A stretch of 61,634 nucleotides of DNA, taken from assembly GCA_964562425.1 (NCBI GenBank), contig CAZLTJ010000001.1:1-61634 (forward strand). Reading direction: 5' to 3'. Under the pieces are notes generated by a model. It saw only the letters and a list, made by a program, of their open reading frames with translations, was not told the DNA's origin and searched no databases. A program made the translations under genes and the position numbers. Positions within the stretch are counted from its first letter, which is position 1, and each line of letters begins with the position of its first letter. Of this stretch, positions 1 through 8,880 are shown piece by piece. Origin of the DNA: an uncultured bacterium (GTDB lineage: Bacteria > UBP14 > UBA6098 > B30-G16).

Positions 1-75
1 GGCTATTACTTCTACGATATCACCTTTCTTTATTTTTAAATGTATAGGTTTATGTTTTTCTTTTCTCTTAGCCAT
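1..75 (-). CDS. rplX: 50S ribosomal protein L24, N-terminal fragment (gene continues beyond window start)
   Basis: Reverse complement of 1-75 reads MAKRKEKHKPIHLKIKKGDIVEVIA, matching the L24 N-terminal KKGD-V-VI motif. It lies directly downstream of rplN as in spc operons. GGGAG sits about 7 nt upstream of the ATG at 73-75. Confidence 0.85.
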   Translation of the reverse strand, partial: MAKRKEKHKPIHLKIKKGDIVEVIA

Positions 76-191
76 ATCACATCTCCCAAATCACCTAATT
101 TAGTTCAAGTAATCTTCAATATTTCCTTGAAAATTATCAAATATTTATACTAATTATTTATATCTAAAACCAATTCCTCTTATTTTTCAAG

Positions 192-560
192 CTATAAAAC
201 CTCAGGTGCCAACGAAATAATCTTTGTATATTCATGTTCTCTCAATTCTCTTGCTACAGGACCGAAAACTCGAGTACCCCTTGGTTCTCCATCCTCATTT
301 ACGATAACTGCAGCATTGTCGTCAAACTTAATATAACTTCCGTTTCTGCGATGAATGGGTTTTCTTGTTCTCACTATAACTGCTTGAACAACATCTCCTT
401 TTTTTATCTGAGAATTAGGTATTGCTTCTCTCACAGATACAACAATAGTTTGACCGATAGTAGCATAATTCTTTTTCGAACCATGAGTCAAACCAATACA
501 TCTAATTTTTTTTGCACCTGAGTTGTCAGCAACAATTAATTTTGTATTTCTAAAAATCAT
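192..560 (-). CDS. rplN: 50S ribosomal protein L14
   Basis: 122-aa ORF beginning [23 protein letters not shown] and ending APEVL, a full-length L14 signature. Strong SD (TTAGGAGGTGAATA ATG). Confidence 0.97.
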   Translation of the reverse strand: MIFRNTKLIVADNSGAKKIRCIGLTHGSKKNYATIGQTIVVSVREAIPNSQIKKGDVVQAVIVRTRKPIHRRNGSYIKFDDNAAVIVNEDGEPRGTRVFGPVARELREHEYTKIISLAPEVL

Positions 561-632
561 TATTCACCTCCTAAGACATCTCACCCAGTCATATAGACAG
601 AAACTAAAAGTCATAGTGAATTCATTGGAGAA

Positions 633-890
633 TTACTCAGAACCGACAGCACGTTTTAAAATCTCTACAAGTTCCCACGATTTTGTTTTAGAAAAGAGTC
701 TTGATTCAATTACTTTAACAATATCCCCAACCTTAGCTTTATTCTCGGAATCGTGAGCCTTAACTCTAGATCTACGCTTAACCACTTTTTTATATAAAGG
801 ATGCGGAATTAACTTTATAAGTTCCACCGTAATTGTCTTATCCATCCTATCAGATATTACAATCCCCTCAAAAGTTCTTCGGTTACCCAT
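633..890 (-). CDS. rpsQ: 30S ribosomal protein S17
   Basis: MGNRRTFEGIVISDRMDKTITVEL...HPLYKKVVKRRSRVKAHD is typical S17. I start at the internal ATG (890) preceded by AGGGAGA. The 13-codon upstream extension of the tracked ORF is hydrophobic junk. Confidence 0.95.
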   Translation of the reverse strand: MGNRRTFEGIVISDRMDKTITVELIKLIPHPLYKKVVKRRSRVKAHDSENKAKVGDIVKVIESRLFSKTKSWELVEILKRAVGSE

Positions 891-943
891 TATTCTCCCT
901 ATTTGAATGTAAAATAAAACCAAGAACAATCAAATGAAACTGG

Positions 944-971
944 AAAATATATTAACAAAAACCCTTGTCAA
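944..971 (-). promoter_or_regulatory. Putative sigma70-type promoter for rpsQ-rplN-rplX (-35 TTGACA 971-966, 16-nt spacer, -10 TATTTT 949-944)
   Basis: Read directly on the minus strand as GCTTGACA-AGGGTTTTTGTTAATA-TATTTT, about 55 nt upstream of the rpsQ ATG. The -35, spacer length and -10 are identical to the promoter-like site at 37605-37632. Confidence 0.4.
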
Positions 972-1079
972 GCAAATATTATTTTAATTTTTGGGAATTA
1001 GTTGATGTTTTCACATTTAGCAAAATTAAAATGTAATTTATTAAATCGAATGTCAATAAAATACGGATAGTATTAAAGA

Positions 1080-2783
1080 TTACCAACTGATTCGAAGGTT
1101 AACTTTGGCATTTATAGACACTTCAGACATTGAATCGGTCTTTTTAAGTGAAATGCTAGTTTTCACATTTGAAAACCTATCAGAGATTATGGGTGATAAT
1201 GTCAGCTTCCAATAACCGATGCTATTGTCATCCACATTAGAATCGTTTCTATCAAGCCTTAAACTGAACGACAACCAGTTATAGAAAGCGTAAATGAGTT
1301 CAGATTTCACCCAATATTGTTCTTTCTTATTACTCTCGGTATAATTATTCCACTTATAATAGAAATTCTCTCTGATATAAATCGAGTTCCCAATTTCCCA
1401 TTGATGAGCAATATAAACCTTATCCTTAGTATCCCCAGAAATGCCGAGACCTTCCCAATTCCGAGTGTATGATAATCGTAAATTATCATTGTTATTGAAC
1501 TTATAAATTCCTGATAAATAAATTTCACCACCATTACTGAGTGAATTTGGCATTGAAAAAAATGAAGTTACACAATTTATCGACAACTTCCTTATCGGTT
1601 TAATTTTCAGGTTAATATCTGTGCCTAATTCTCCTGCTTGATAGGCTTTTAAATAGAATTCATTTCCTCTTGGATAATATTTTTCATATCCTCTATCGCA
1701 AAAACCATCAGAGTATAGAACAATAAAATCGGGATGATAAACCCAAAATTTCCAAGCAATATTGCAGGTTTTCTTTGAAGGTGTCAGAATCAAATTTCCA
1801 CCCCAACTTCCATTATTTAAAACTGCTAATTCATATTGAAGTTTGTTTTTGAAAAAATTATTTATACCAAAAATCGATAACCCATATTGCTCTATTTTTT
1901 CTGAATCCATATCGGCAGATGAAAACTTCCCAAAATAAATGACAATTCCTTTTTGCTCTTTCTGAGAATTGTTCCATGACGCTGCAATTCCAGCCATACT
2001 TTGGGAGGTCTTTCCATATTTGTTTGCTGAAATCGCAAGTTTTAATTTCCATTTACGATGCAAGTACAAAGATGCAAAAAGACCATTTAAGTCTCCATAA
2101 AAAGGTGATGCAAGGTAAGATCTTGCAGAATTCGATCTTTCCAACGTTGAATGTGAAATTTTCCTACCCACAAGCAACCCATATCCCAAATGTGCATCAT
2201 AGTTTCCGAGAACGATTTCAACATCGTTAGTATTATATCTAACATTCCTATATGTAGTCTGTAATTCCAGATCAGCCTGTTGTTTGAAACGATAATCCAT
2301 CGAAAAATCCGACCACCTAAGTTCCATCCTTCCACTATGATATGGATCATTACTTAATGCTGGAGCTTCAAAATCACATCTCTTGTAAATTCGAAAATTG
2401 CCATTCATTCCTTGATCTCTTTTAGGAATTATATCTATGAACGGTGAAATTAATTCAATATCATTGGGGAAAACATTTGCAACCTGTCTTAAATTTTTAA
2501 AAATAACTCCCTCATCTCGTTTTTTCTTAAGAGGAGCTATATCATTAGAATTCACACCAGGAATGATAAGAAGTCTTTGTAAATTATCGTTATTAATATC
2601 TACCTTGGATTCGAAGAGAGAAGCAAGATCAGTGTATTGCTCATAGGTTAAATCTCCAACTTCAAACGAAGCGTATATATCATCTATAGAGGAGTAATAA
2701 TTAACAGAAATATTTTGTGCTAATGCTAATTTTAGAAAAAGAACTAGCAAAAAAGCAAAATGGAAGTTAACTTTTTTTTTCAT
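1080..2783 (-). CDS. Outer-membrane beta-barrel protein with N-terminal ComEA-like helix-hairpin-helix motif (uncharacterised)
   Basis: Signal peptide MKKKVNFHFAFLLVLFLKLALAQ. HhH-like segment NLQRLLIIPGVNSNDIAPLKKKRDEGVIFKNLRQV. The remaining ~430 aa are rich in alternating aromatic/polar beta-strand patterns and end in an aromatic residue (RISW). Start moved to ATG 2783, because the tracked start is a TTG two codons upstream. Overlaps the DUF2304 gene end by 17 nt. Confidence 0.6.
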   Translation of the reverse strand: MKKKVNFHFAFLLVLFLKLALAQNISVNYYSSIDDIYASFEVGDLTYEQYTDLASLFESKVDINNDNLQRLLIIPGVNSNDIAPLKKKRDEGVIFKNLRQVANVFPNDIELISPFIDIIPKRDQGMNGNFRIYKRCDFEAPALSNDPYHSGRMELRWSDFSMDYRFKQQADLELQTTYRNVRYNTNDVEIVLGNYDAHLGYGLLVGRKISHSTLERSNSARSYLASPFYGDLNGLFASLYLHRKWKLKLAISANKYGKTSQSMAGIAASWNNSQKEQKGIVIYFGKFSSADMDSEKIEQYGLSIFGINNFFKNKLQYELAVLNNGSWGGNLILTPSKKTCNIAWKFWVYHPDFIVLYSDGFCDRGYEKYYPRGNEFYLKAYQAGELGTDINLKIKPIRKLSINCVTSFFSMPNSLSNGGEIYLSGIYKFNNNDNLRLSYTRNWEGLGISGDTKDKVYIAHQWEIGNSIYIRENFYYKWNNYTESNKKEQYWVKSELIYAFYNWLSFSLRLDRNDSNVDDNSIGYWKLTLSPIISDRFSNVKTSISLKKTDSMSEVSINAKVNLRISW

Positions 2784-3135
2784 TGTCAAGTTTAGATTTA
2801 AACTCTAAAAGGTCATGCTCAAGAAGAGCAATTTTTTGGGCTAGGGTTTTTATTTTCTCAGCTTGGTGCGTTACTACAATTGAAAAATAAAGAAATATAA
2901 CAACCCCAAAAAATATAATTACAGGTATCAATACAGCAGGAGCATAATATATTCCTATCAACTGAGAGAAATTTTCGAGAAGATCATTCCACAATGAAAA
3001 CACTACCAATAATAACGCGAAAAGTAACCATAAAATCGAAAATCGTTCCTTCAGTTTCTTTCTTCTCACCAACTCAAATACAATACTAAAAAGCCCTATT
3101 GACGCAATTAGAGAAATTATTTGAATTCTCTTCAC
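2767..3135 (-). CDS. DUF2304 family small membrane protein (glycosyltransferase-associated)
   Basis: Pattern ELVRRKKLKERFSILWLLFALLLVVFSLW plus a C-terminal coiled-coil tail matches DUF2304. GTG start overlaps the GT2 stop as GTGA (translational coupling). GT2-DUF2304 is a known conserved pair. Confidence 0.85.
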   Translation of the reverse strand: MKRIQIISLIASIGLFSIVFELVRRKKLKERFSILWLLFALLLVVFSLWNDLLENFSQLIGIYYAPAVLIPVIIFFGVVIFLYFSIVVTHQAEKIKTLAQKIALLEHDLLEFKSKLDNEKKS

Positions 3136-3863
3136 TCTATTCTATCTCCTCTTAAAACATTCATTAATAATGCAAGCGTAACTTTAATCATATAAATCAA
3201 TGGTTTTATCCCTGAAATTGAAGATTGACCTCCTAACCTTTCCCGCATAACAACAGGAACTTCAGTAAAAGTAAATCCTGCTTTATAAATATGAATAACT
3301 GCTTCTGGTTCAGGGAAATCATCAGGATAAACTTTTGAAATTAACTTTATTGTATCCTTTGAAAAGGCTCTAAATCCAGCAGTACAATCTGTAACCTTCT
3401 TTCCAGTGAGAATTTTAAAAAGGATTTCAAAATATTTTATTCCCAGCCTTCTAAAAAGTGACGATTGAAAACCTTCCTTTGTCAAAAATCTTGACCCTCC
3501 TATGACATCCGCAACATTATCTTGAATAAGTTCCAGCATTTTGGGTATGTATTTAGGATCATGTTGTCCATCACCATCTACTTGTATTGCAACGTCATAA
3601 TTATGTTCGAATGCGAACTTAAAGCCACTTTGAACGGCAGAACCAATGCCCAAATTGAAAGGATGTCGAAGTACAAAAACCCCTGTTTCCTTAGCCTGAA
3701 GATATGTATCATCGCTCGAACCATCATCAATAACAACGATATCAACAAAAGGCACATTGTGTGATATCTCATCGACAACTTTAATTATTGTTTCAGATTC
3801 ATTATATGCTGGTACAATAACAAGAGTTTTCAAGTTTTCGATTTTTTTTTCATTATTAACCAT
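3132..3863 (-). CDS. Family 2 glycosyltransferase (polyprenol-phosphate sugar synthase-like)
   Basis: VIVPAYNESETI, VVIDDGSSDDT and QVDGDGQHDP (DxD region) are classic GT-A/GT2 motifs. 243 aa. Confidence 0.9.
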   Translation of the reverse strand: MVNNEKKIENLKTLVIVPAYNESETIIKVVDEISHNVPFVDIVVIDDGSSDDTYLQAKETGVFVLRHPFNLGIGSAVQSGFKFAFEHNYDVAIQVDGDGQHDPKYIPKMLELIQDNVADVIGGSRFLTKEGFQSSLFRRLGIKYFEILFKILTGKKVTDCTAGFRAFSKDTIKLISKVYPDDFPEPEAVIHIYKAGFTFTEVPVVMRERLGGQSSISGIKPLIYMIKVTLALLMNVLRGDRIE

Positions 3864-3901
3864 TTTTAGTCGTATAGAGAAAAGAAATATGTGAAGCTTT
3901 T

Positions 3902-4810
3902 TTATATATAATATTTAATAGTCTTTAAAATCCCATGTTTTATTGAAATAGTTAACTCGAATCCAGATTCCTTTAATCGTTTTCCATTTCCTAACGATTC
4001 TGTAACATCTCCTGCCCTTGGAAGCTCAAATTCGATGGGAACTTCAACGCCAGCTTCTGTCATAACAATTTTTGCAAGTTCTAATATATTAGTAGCCTTA
4101 CCCGAAGCAAGATTAACTTTACCATCGAACCTTTTAAGTGCCAAATGTATTAGTGCATCTGCAACATCACTTACATAAATAAAATCTCTTGTTTGAAGAC
4201 CATCTCCGTAAATCTTAATTGGCCTATTATTTAGAACTGCTCTAACAAAATTTGGAACAACAGCACCATATGATGTATTCTTCCTCTGACGAGGTCCATA
4301 ACCGTTAAACAATCGAATAATTGAAACGGTATAGTCAAAATAATCAGCGAGAGAACGACAAAGATACTCTCCCGAGAGTTTGCTTATGGCATACGGACTT
4401 TTAGGCTCGGTAGGAAAATCCTCCGCAATAGGCACAACTTTGGATTCACCATAAACCGAAGCTGAGGACATAAATACTATATGTTCTACATTATTCTTTA
4501 CAGAGACCATTAAAACATTTGATAATCCTTCAATATTAGTCCTTATTGTTTGGTCGGGTCTGGTAAATGACTCTGGAACCGAAACAAATGCAGCCAAGTG
4601 AAAAACGACATCACAGCCAGATATAGCAATGTTTAAATCCCTATTATTATTGATAGATCCAACAATTAATCTGGCGTCATTATTAACATTCTCTCTTAAT
4701 CCTGTCGACAAATCATCTAATACAACCGTTTCAATGTTATTCTTAATAAACCTATCTACGAGATGACTACCTAAAAAACCAGCACCACCTGTTACTAGAA
4801 CCTTTTTCAC
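3902..4810 (-). CDS. NAD-dependent sugar-nucleotide epimerase/dehydratase (SDR family)
   Basis: N-terminal Rossmann motif VLVTGGAGFLGSHLV and catalytic YxxxK (YAISK). GTG start with AAAGG SD. Confidence 0.9.
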   Translation of the reverse strand: MKKVLVTGGAGFLGSHLVDRFIKNNIETVVLDDLSTGLRENVNNDARLIVGSINNNRDLNIAISGCDVVFHLAAFVSVPESFTRPDQTIRTNIEGLSNVLMVSVKNNVEHIVFMSSASVYGESKVVPIAEDFPTEPKSPYAISKLSGEYLCRSLADYFDYTVSIIRLFNGYGPRQRKNTSYGAVVPNFVRAVLNNRPIKIYGDGLQTRDFIYVSDVADALIHLALKRFDGKVNLASGKATNILELAKIVMTEAGVEVPIEFELPRAGDVTESLGNGKRLKESGFELTISIKHGILKTIKYYI

Positions 4811-4841
4811 AGTTAACCTTTCTTGAAACTAAGCATTTATC

Positions 4842-4871
4842 AAATTAAGGGAAAAAAAATCCGGGAGTCAA
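4842..4871 (-). promoter_or_regulatory. Putative sigma70-type promoter for the epimerase-GT2-DUF2304-OMP operon (-35 TTGACT, 18-nt spacer, -10 TAATTT)
   Basis: Minus strand reads TAGCTTGACT-CCCGGATTTTTTTTCCCT-TAATTT, about 30 nt upstream of the GTG start. The spacer is long, so the call is weak. Confidence 0.25.
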
Positions 4872-5021
4872 GCTAATCAAGAATAATTATCTTTATTATA
4901 ATGTAGTGTATAACTTTAAAGAATTTTACGTTTTACAACTTCTAAACGTAGGTTATTTTGATTCATAATATACACAATCGAAGGATATATTATTTAAACT
5001 GGATTATTTATTATAAACACC

Positions 5022-5717
5022 ATGATTAATTTCGAATTAACAGATATTTATGCTGGATATAATAATGAAACAATTCTCTCGGGAATAAATCTCAAAATCA
5101 AAGACGGGATCTTTGTGATTATGGGACCTTCAGGCTCAGGTAAATCTACTTTACTCAAGCTTTTGAATAGACTGATTAATCCTATTAGCGGGAGAATAAA
5201 ATACATGAACAAACCAATAACCGATTATCCTATTCGAGAACTTAGAAGAAAAGTTGGAATGGTTTTCCAGAAGCCAGTGCTTTTTGAAGGAACAGTTAAT
5301 GAAAACATTAAGATAGCCAATAAAAACATAACAGATGATGAGAGTATAGAGTTGTTAAAACAAGTAACCTTAACAAATGATTACATATATCGATCAAATC
5401 AACAGCTCTCTGTTGGCGAAGCTCAAAGAGTGTGTCTTGCCCGTACATTATCAACGAAACCGGAGGTGCTTCTGCTCGATGAACCAACATCAGCTTTGGA
5501 TCCAACCTCGACAATGAAGATTGAAAGATTATTAGTTAATATATCAAATAAAATTTCTATTGTATGGGTTACTCACAACGTTGAACAAGCATTAAGAATT
5601 GGTGGACAATGTGCAATGATCTTTAATGGAAAAATCCACTGGCAAGGAATGACAGAAGAATTAATGCAATCTGAAGATCAAATTACTAAAAAATTCATAT
5701 CGGGTGAATTAAAATAA
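5022..5717 (+). CDS. ABC transporter ATP-binding protein (solitary, no permease adjacent)
   Basis: Walker A GPSGSGKST, Q-loop VFQKPVLF, signature LSVGEAQRV, Walker B LLLDEPTSALD, H-loop VTHN. Confidence 0.9.
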   Translation: MINFELTDIYAGYNNETILSGINLKIKDGIFVIMGPSGSGKSTLLKLLNRLINPISGRIKYMNKPITDYPIRELRRKVGMVFQKPVLFEGTVNENIKIANKNITDDESIELLKQVTLTNDYIYRSNQQLSVGEAQRVCLARTLSTKPEVLLLDEPTSALDPTSTMKIERLLVNISNKISIVWVTHNVEQALRIGGQCAMIFNGKIHWQGMTEELMQSEDQITKKFISGELK

Positions 5718-5807
5718 GTCTTCGAGAAATTAAATTCCATAATAATTTTAAAGAGATCTTGCATTTTTTTTTCAGAAATCGATATCGATTTAGCAGTTGA
5801 AGGTTTT

Positions 5808-7118
5808 CTAACTTCCTATAGGATATATTTCGTTCGGAGTGCAATGAATTCTTTCAAATCCCATTTCAGGAACTTCTTCAATTGGTCCCATAACCATAAT
5901 AACTAATTTTGAAGGCTCAAATAATCTGTTTGCTAGTTGTAAAATCTGTTCAGCATCTACTTTTAGGAATTTCTCTAATGTCTCGCTAATTTGCATATAT
6001 CGACCCAAGTGAACTTCAGTCTCAATCGCTCTAGAAATAACTCTCCACGTATTATCCATGGAAAGTAAAAACCTTCGTCGAATGAAGCTTTTCACTTCAT
6101 TGAGTTCATTATCTGAAACTAAGTTATTTCTAAGTTGTTTAAGTTCATCTAACACACATATGATAAGTTCATTAAGCTTCTTAGAAGATATGGCTGCATA
6201 TATTGCCCAAAAGCCATCTTGTATATAATATTCGCTGAATGATTGAATATTATACGCAAGACCTTTTTTTTCTCTGATATTCTGGAAAAGCCGTCCCGAG
6301 GATCCTCGTCCTAAAATAGAATCAATCATCGCGAGAATGTATCGATGACTGTCCTTGTATGGAAAAGTCCGAACACCAATGAAAACATGACACATTTGAG
6401 AGTTATGATTAATTATCGTTATCTTTCCTTCCGCTCCATTTTTTCTATCATATGTTTTAATAACTTTTCCAACTGGAACATCGGAAAATTTGTCTCTAAC
6501 CAGATTAGATAAATTTTCAAAATTAACATCCCCAGTTGCACCTATGATAACATTTGAGGAACAATAGTTCCTACTCCAATAATCTTTCAGGTCCTTTGTT
6601 ATGATACTTGATACAGATTTTAAATTCCCCATTATAGGAAATCCCAATGATGACTTCCCTAACATAAGCACTGGAAATAGATCTGCAGCCAAAGATTCAG
6701 GATTTTCTATCGATTCATTCATCTCAGATATAACTACTTCCCTCTCAAGTTCTAAATCATGATAATTAAGTCTCGGTTTTGCAATTATTTGAGATAGAGT
6801 ATCGAGAGCAACTGGAAGGTCCTCGCTTAGAACTGAGCAATTAAAACAAGTTTCCTGCCGAGCAGAATATGCATCGATATATCCACCCAATCTTTCAATA
6901 GTTGAAACTAACTCTTTAGCGTCATACTTCTCAGTACCTTTAAAAACCATATGCTCCAATAAATGCGAAATACCTGCTTTATCTGAGGGTTCATCGGCTG
7001 AACCAGACAACACCCATACACCTACGCTAACAGCTTTGCGTCCCGGAATCGTGGACGAGATAACTCTAAGCCCATTATCTAATATAATCTTATCAATCTG
7101 GTACCCGTTTTCTTTCAT
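5808..7118 (-). CDS. M16 family (pitrilysin/insulinase-like) zinc peptidase
   Basis: Inverted zincin motif HLLEHMVFKGT near the N-terminus. 436 aa, the typical M16 two-lobe length. Confidence 0.9.
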   Translation of the reverse strand: MKENGYQIDKIILDNGLRVISSTIPGRKAVSVGVWVLSGSADEPSDKAGISHLLEHMVFKGTEKYDAKELVSTIERLGGYIDAYSARQETCFNCSVLSEDLPVALDTLSQIIAKPRLNYHDLELEREVVISEMNESIENPESLAADLFPVLMLGKSSLGFPIMGNLKSVSSIITKDLKDYWSRNYCSSNVIIGATGDVNFENLSNLVRDKFSDVPVGKVIKTYDRKNGAEGKITIINHNSQMCHVFIGVRTFPYKDSHRYILAMIDSILGRGSSGRLFQNIREKKGLAYNIQSFSEYYIQDGFWAIYAAISSKKLNELIICVLDELKQLRNNLVSDNELNEVKSFIRRRFLLSMDNTWRVISRAIETEVHLGRYMQISETLEKFLKVDAEQILQLANRLFEPSKLVIMVMGPIEEVPEMGFERIHCTPNEIYPIGS

Positions 7119-7147
7119 TAATCCTCACAACCTTATTTAGCAATCCC

Positions 7148-7678
7148 TTACAATTCGAGTATCGTAATATCTGAATTTGTGTAAATACATATTTGTGATG
7201 CAATACTAAGAGATCGTTCGACAATTTGCCTTAGACTCATTTTTTTACCGTATTCTAAAAGAGCTCTTGCTGCTGCCATAGCATATCCAGATCCTGACCC
7301 TAAAGCTACAATTCCATCATCAGGTTCAAGAACATCTCCAGCACCAGTTATTATTAACGCTTTATCGGTATCTATAGCAGCAAGTTGAGCCTCTAATCGT
7401 CGCAGAATCCTGTCTGTTCGCCATTCCTTTGCAAGCTCAACCGATGCCCACAAAAGATCAAGTCGTTCAGTAAGTTTTTCCTCAAACCTCGATAATAATG
7501 CCATACCATCAGCCGCTGCCCCCGCAAATCCAACAATAACTTTCCCGTTCGCTAAAAAACGTACTTTCTTGGATTTATGTTTTATAACCATATCACCTAA
7601 AGTTACTTGTCCGTCACCACCTATAACTGCTTTCCCATCTCGAACAATCCCAAGAATTGTTGTTGTATGTGATTTCAT
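7148..7678 (-). CDS. hslV: ATP-dependent protease subunit HslV
   Basis: TTILGIVRDGKAVIGGDGQVTLG...KHKSKKVR and GSGSGYAMAAARAL match HslV. A 5-residue extension (MKSHT) precedes the predicted catalytic Thr. Confidence 0.93.
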   Translation of the reverse strand: MKSHTTTILGIVRDGKAVIGGDGQVTLGDMVIKHKSKKVRFLANGKVIVGFAGAAADGMALLSRFEEKLTERLDLLWASVELAKEWRTDRILRRLEAQLAAIDTDKALIITGAGDVLEPDDGIVALGSGSGYAMAAARALLEYGKKMSLRQIVERSLSIASQICIYTNSDITILEL

Positions 7679-7992
7679 TTTACCTCCACACTGCTCAATA
7701 AAATATAAAATTGATACTTTGTAACAAGGTTTTTGTTTTTAATACAACACAAATAAATTCTTCGGAAAAAAATGAGATTTGTCATGTTATTTGCTAAATA
7801 ATCTCTGCGACATATGAATAATGAAATTTGTTTTAAGCTTAAACTATAAGTTAATATTCTATATTTTTTCCAACGCAAAACGCAACTGCAAGAAAAACGA
7901 AAAATAATAATTTTGATGAATAAAAAAGGAAAATTCCTTATTCTAATTAAAATAAATAGAGAAATAAATGTTTATAATTGTATGAATAAAGG

Positions 7993-8358
7993 TTATACTT
8001 TACCCTTTCTTTCCAGTATTTGCTTTACTTTTTCCTTTAGTTTGGTTAGATCCCCGGATTTAATGAGATAGTCCTCCGCAAGCCATGTAAGAAAATCGTC
8101 CTTGTATTCGGCATAAGCAGTATTAAGTAAAACCGCTAAATCTCTTTTTTTTACGATCATTTTCTCTAGAGCATCTATACCATGCATTCCTGGCATTCTA
8201 ATGTCAAGAATTACGAGATCGATATCTTCATTTTCAATAATTCCCAAAGCCTGTTCTGCATTCTCAGCTAATAGAACATTGTATCCTTCGTGCTCAAGCT
8301 CATCTTTATATAAAATTCGAATATTTTTTTCATCGTCAACAACCAATATATTAGCCAT
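7993..8358 (-). CDS. Single-domain response regulator (CheY-like receiver)
   Basis: ILVVDDE, LVILDIRMPGMHG, conserved T (LNTAY) and K (DYLIKS). Start set at the ATG preceded by GGAGGAG. The tracked ORF has a 13-codon upstream extension. Confidence 0.9.
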   Translation of the reverse strand: MANILVVDDEKNIRILYKDELEHEGYNVLLAENAEQALGIIENEDIDLVILDIRMPGMHGIDALEKMIVKKRDLAVLLNTAYAEYKDDFLTWLAEDYLIKSGDLTKLKEKVKQILERKGKV

Positions 8359-8368
8359 TTCTCCTCCT

Positions 8369-8407
8369 ATCTTACGTATAACATAGGTTATTGTCAATTT
8401 GTGTCAA
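8369..8407 (-). promoter_or_regulatory. Putative tandem sigma70-type promoter elements upstream of the receiver gene
   Basis: Minus strand reads TAGCTTGACA-16 nt-TATGTT (distal) and TTGACA-17 nt-TAAGAT (proximal). The distal one leaves a short leader that contains the SD. Confidence 0.35.
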
Positions 8408-8490
8408 GCTAATAGTTTCCACTCACAAAAGCAAAAATAATACTTTGAAAACCTGTATACACTTAATACTTTTAAAAAAAAGGAGATGCT

Positions 8491-8796
8491 ATGCAAAATC
8501 GGAGTTTAATAGGTGGAAAAATTCAGATCGAATTGGATGAAAAAATAGCAGAGGGAATATACTCAAACCTTGTTATAATTGCACATTCACCCTCAGAATT
8601 TATACTTGATTTTATACGAACCGTTCCCGGAGCACCAAAAGCCAAAGTCCAATCAAGAATAATAATGACACCTATAAGTCTCAAAAATCTTAATAGAGCT
8701 CTTGGAGAGAACATAAAAAAATTCGAAGAGAAGTTCGGTGAGATTAAAATTTCTGATGAGAAATCAGATAAAACCATCGGTTTTTCAGTAGATTAA
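8491..8796 (+). CDS. DUF3467 domain-containing protein
   Basis: IELDEKIAEGIYSNLVIIAHSPSEFILDFIRTVPGAPKAKVQSRIIMTP is the conserved DUF3467 core. AAGGAG SD. Confidence 0.85.
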   Translation: MQNRSLIGGKIQIELDEKIAEGIYSNLVIIAHSPSEFILDFIRTVPGAPKAKVQSRIIMTPISLKNLNRALGENIKKFEEKFGEIKISDEKSDKTIGFSVD

Positions 8797-8816
8797 TTTT
8801 TAACTCATTCGTAATC

Positions 8817-8844
8817 TTGACAAAAGAAATTTCACAAATATCTT
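8817..8844 (+). promoter_or_regulatory. Putative sigma70-type promoter (-35 TTGACA, 16-nt spacer, -10 TATCTT)
   Basis: AATCTTGACA-AAAGAAATTTCACAAA-TATCTT, about 37 nt upstream of the ATG at 8881. Confidence 0.35.
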
Positions 8845-8880
8845 TAAGCAAATACTAGAATAGAAGTTCGGAGGATAAAT

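Noticed and set aside
2772-2780. A9/T9 homopolymer tracts (also 3842-3850, 37675-37720) as candidate phase-variation switches for surface genes
   Set aside because: Such tracts are frequent throughout this AT-rich window. They mostly encode Lys runs at N-termini or lie in spacers. There is no evidence of length heterogeneity from a single sequence.
5022-5717. Calling the solitary ABC ATPase pstB, ftsE or fetA
   Set aside because: Only generic NBD motifs are visible. No pstSCA, ftsX or fetB partner is adjacent, so a specific gene name is not supportable.
7675-7878. 67-aa ORF upstream of hslV
   Set aside because: It sits in an AT-rich intergenic region with an Ile/Leu/Lys/Tyr-rich translation, no SD and an overlap with the hslV start. 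It is most likely promoter/leader DNA for hslV.
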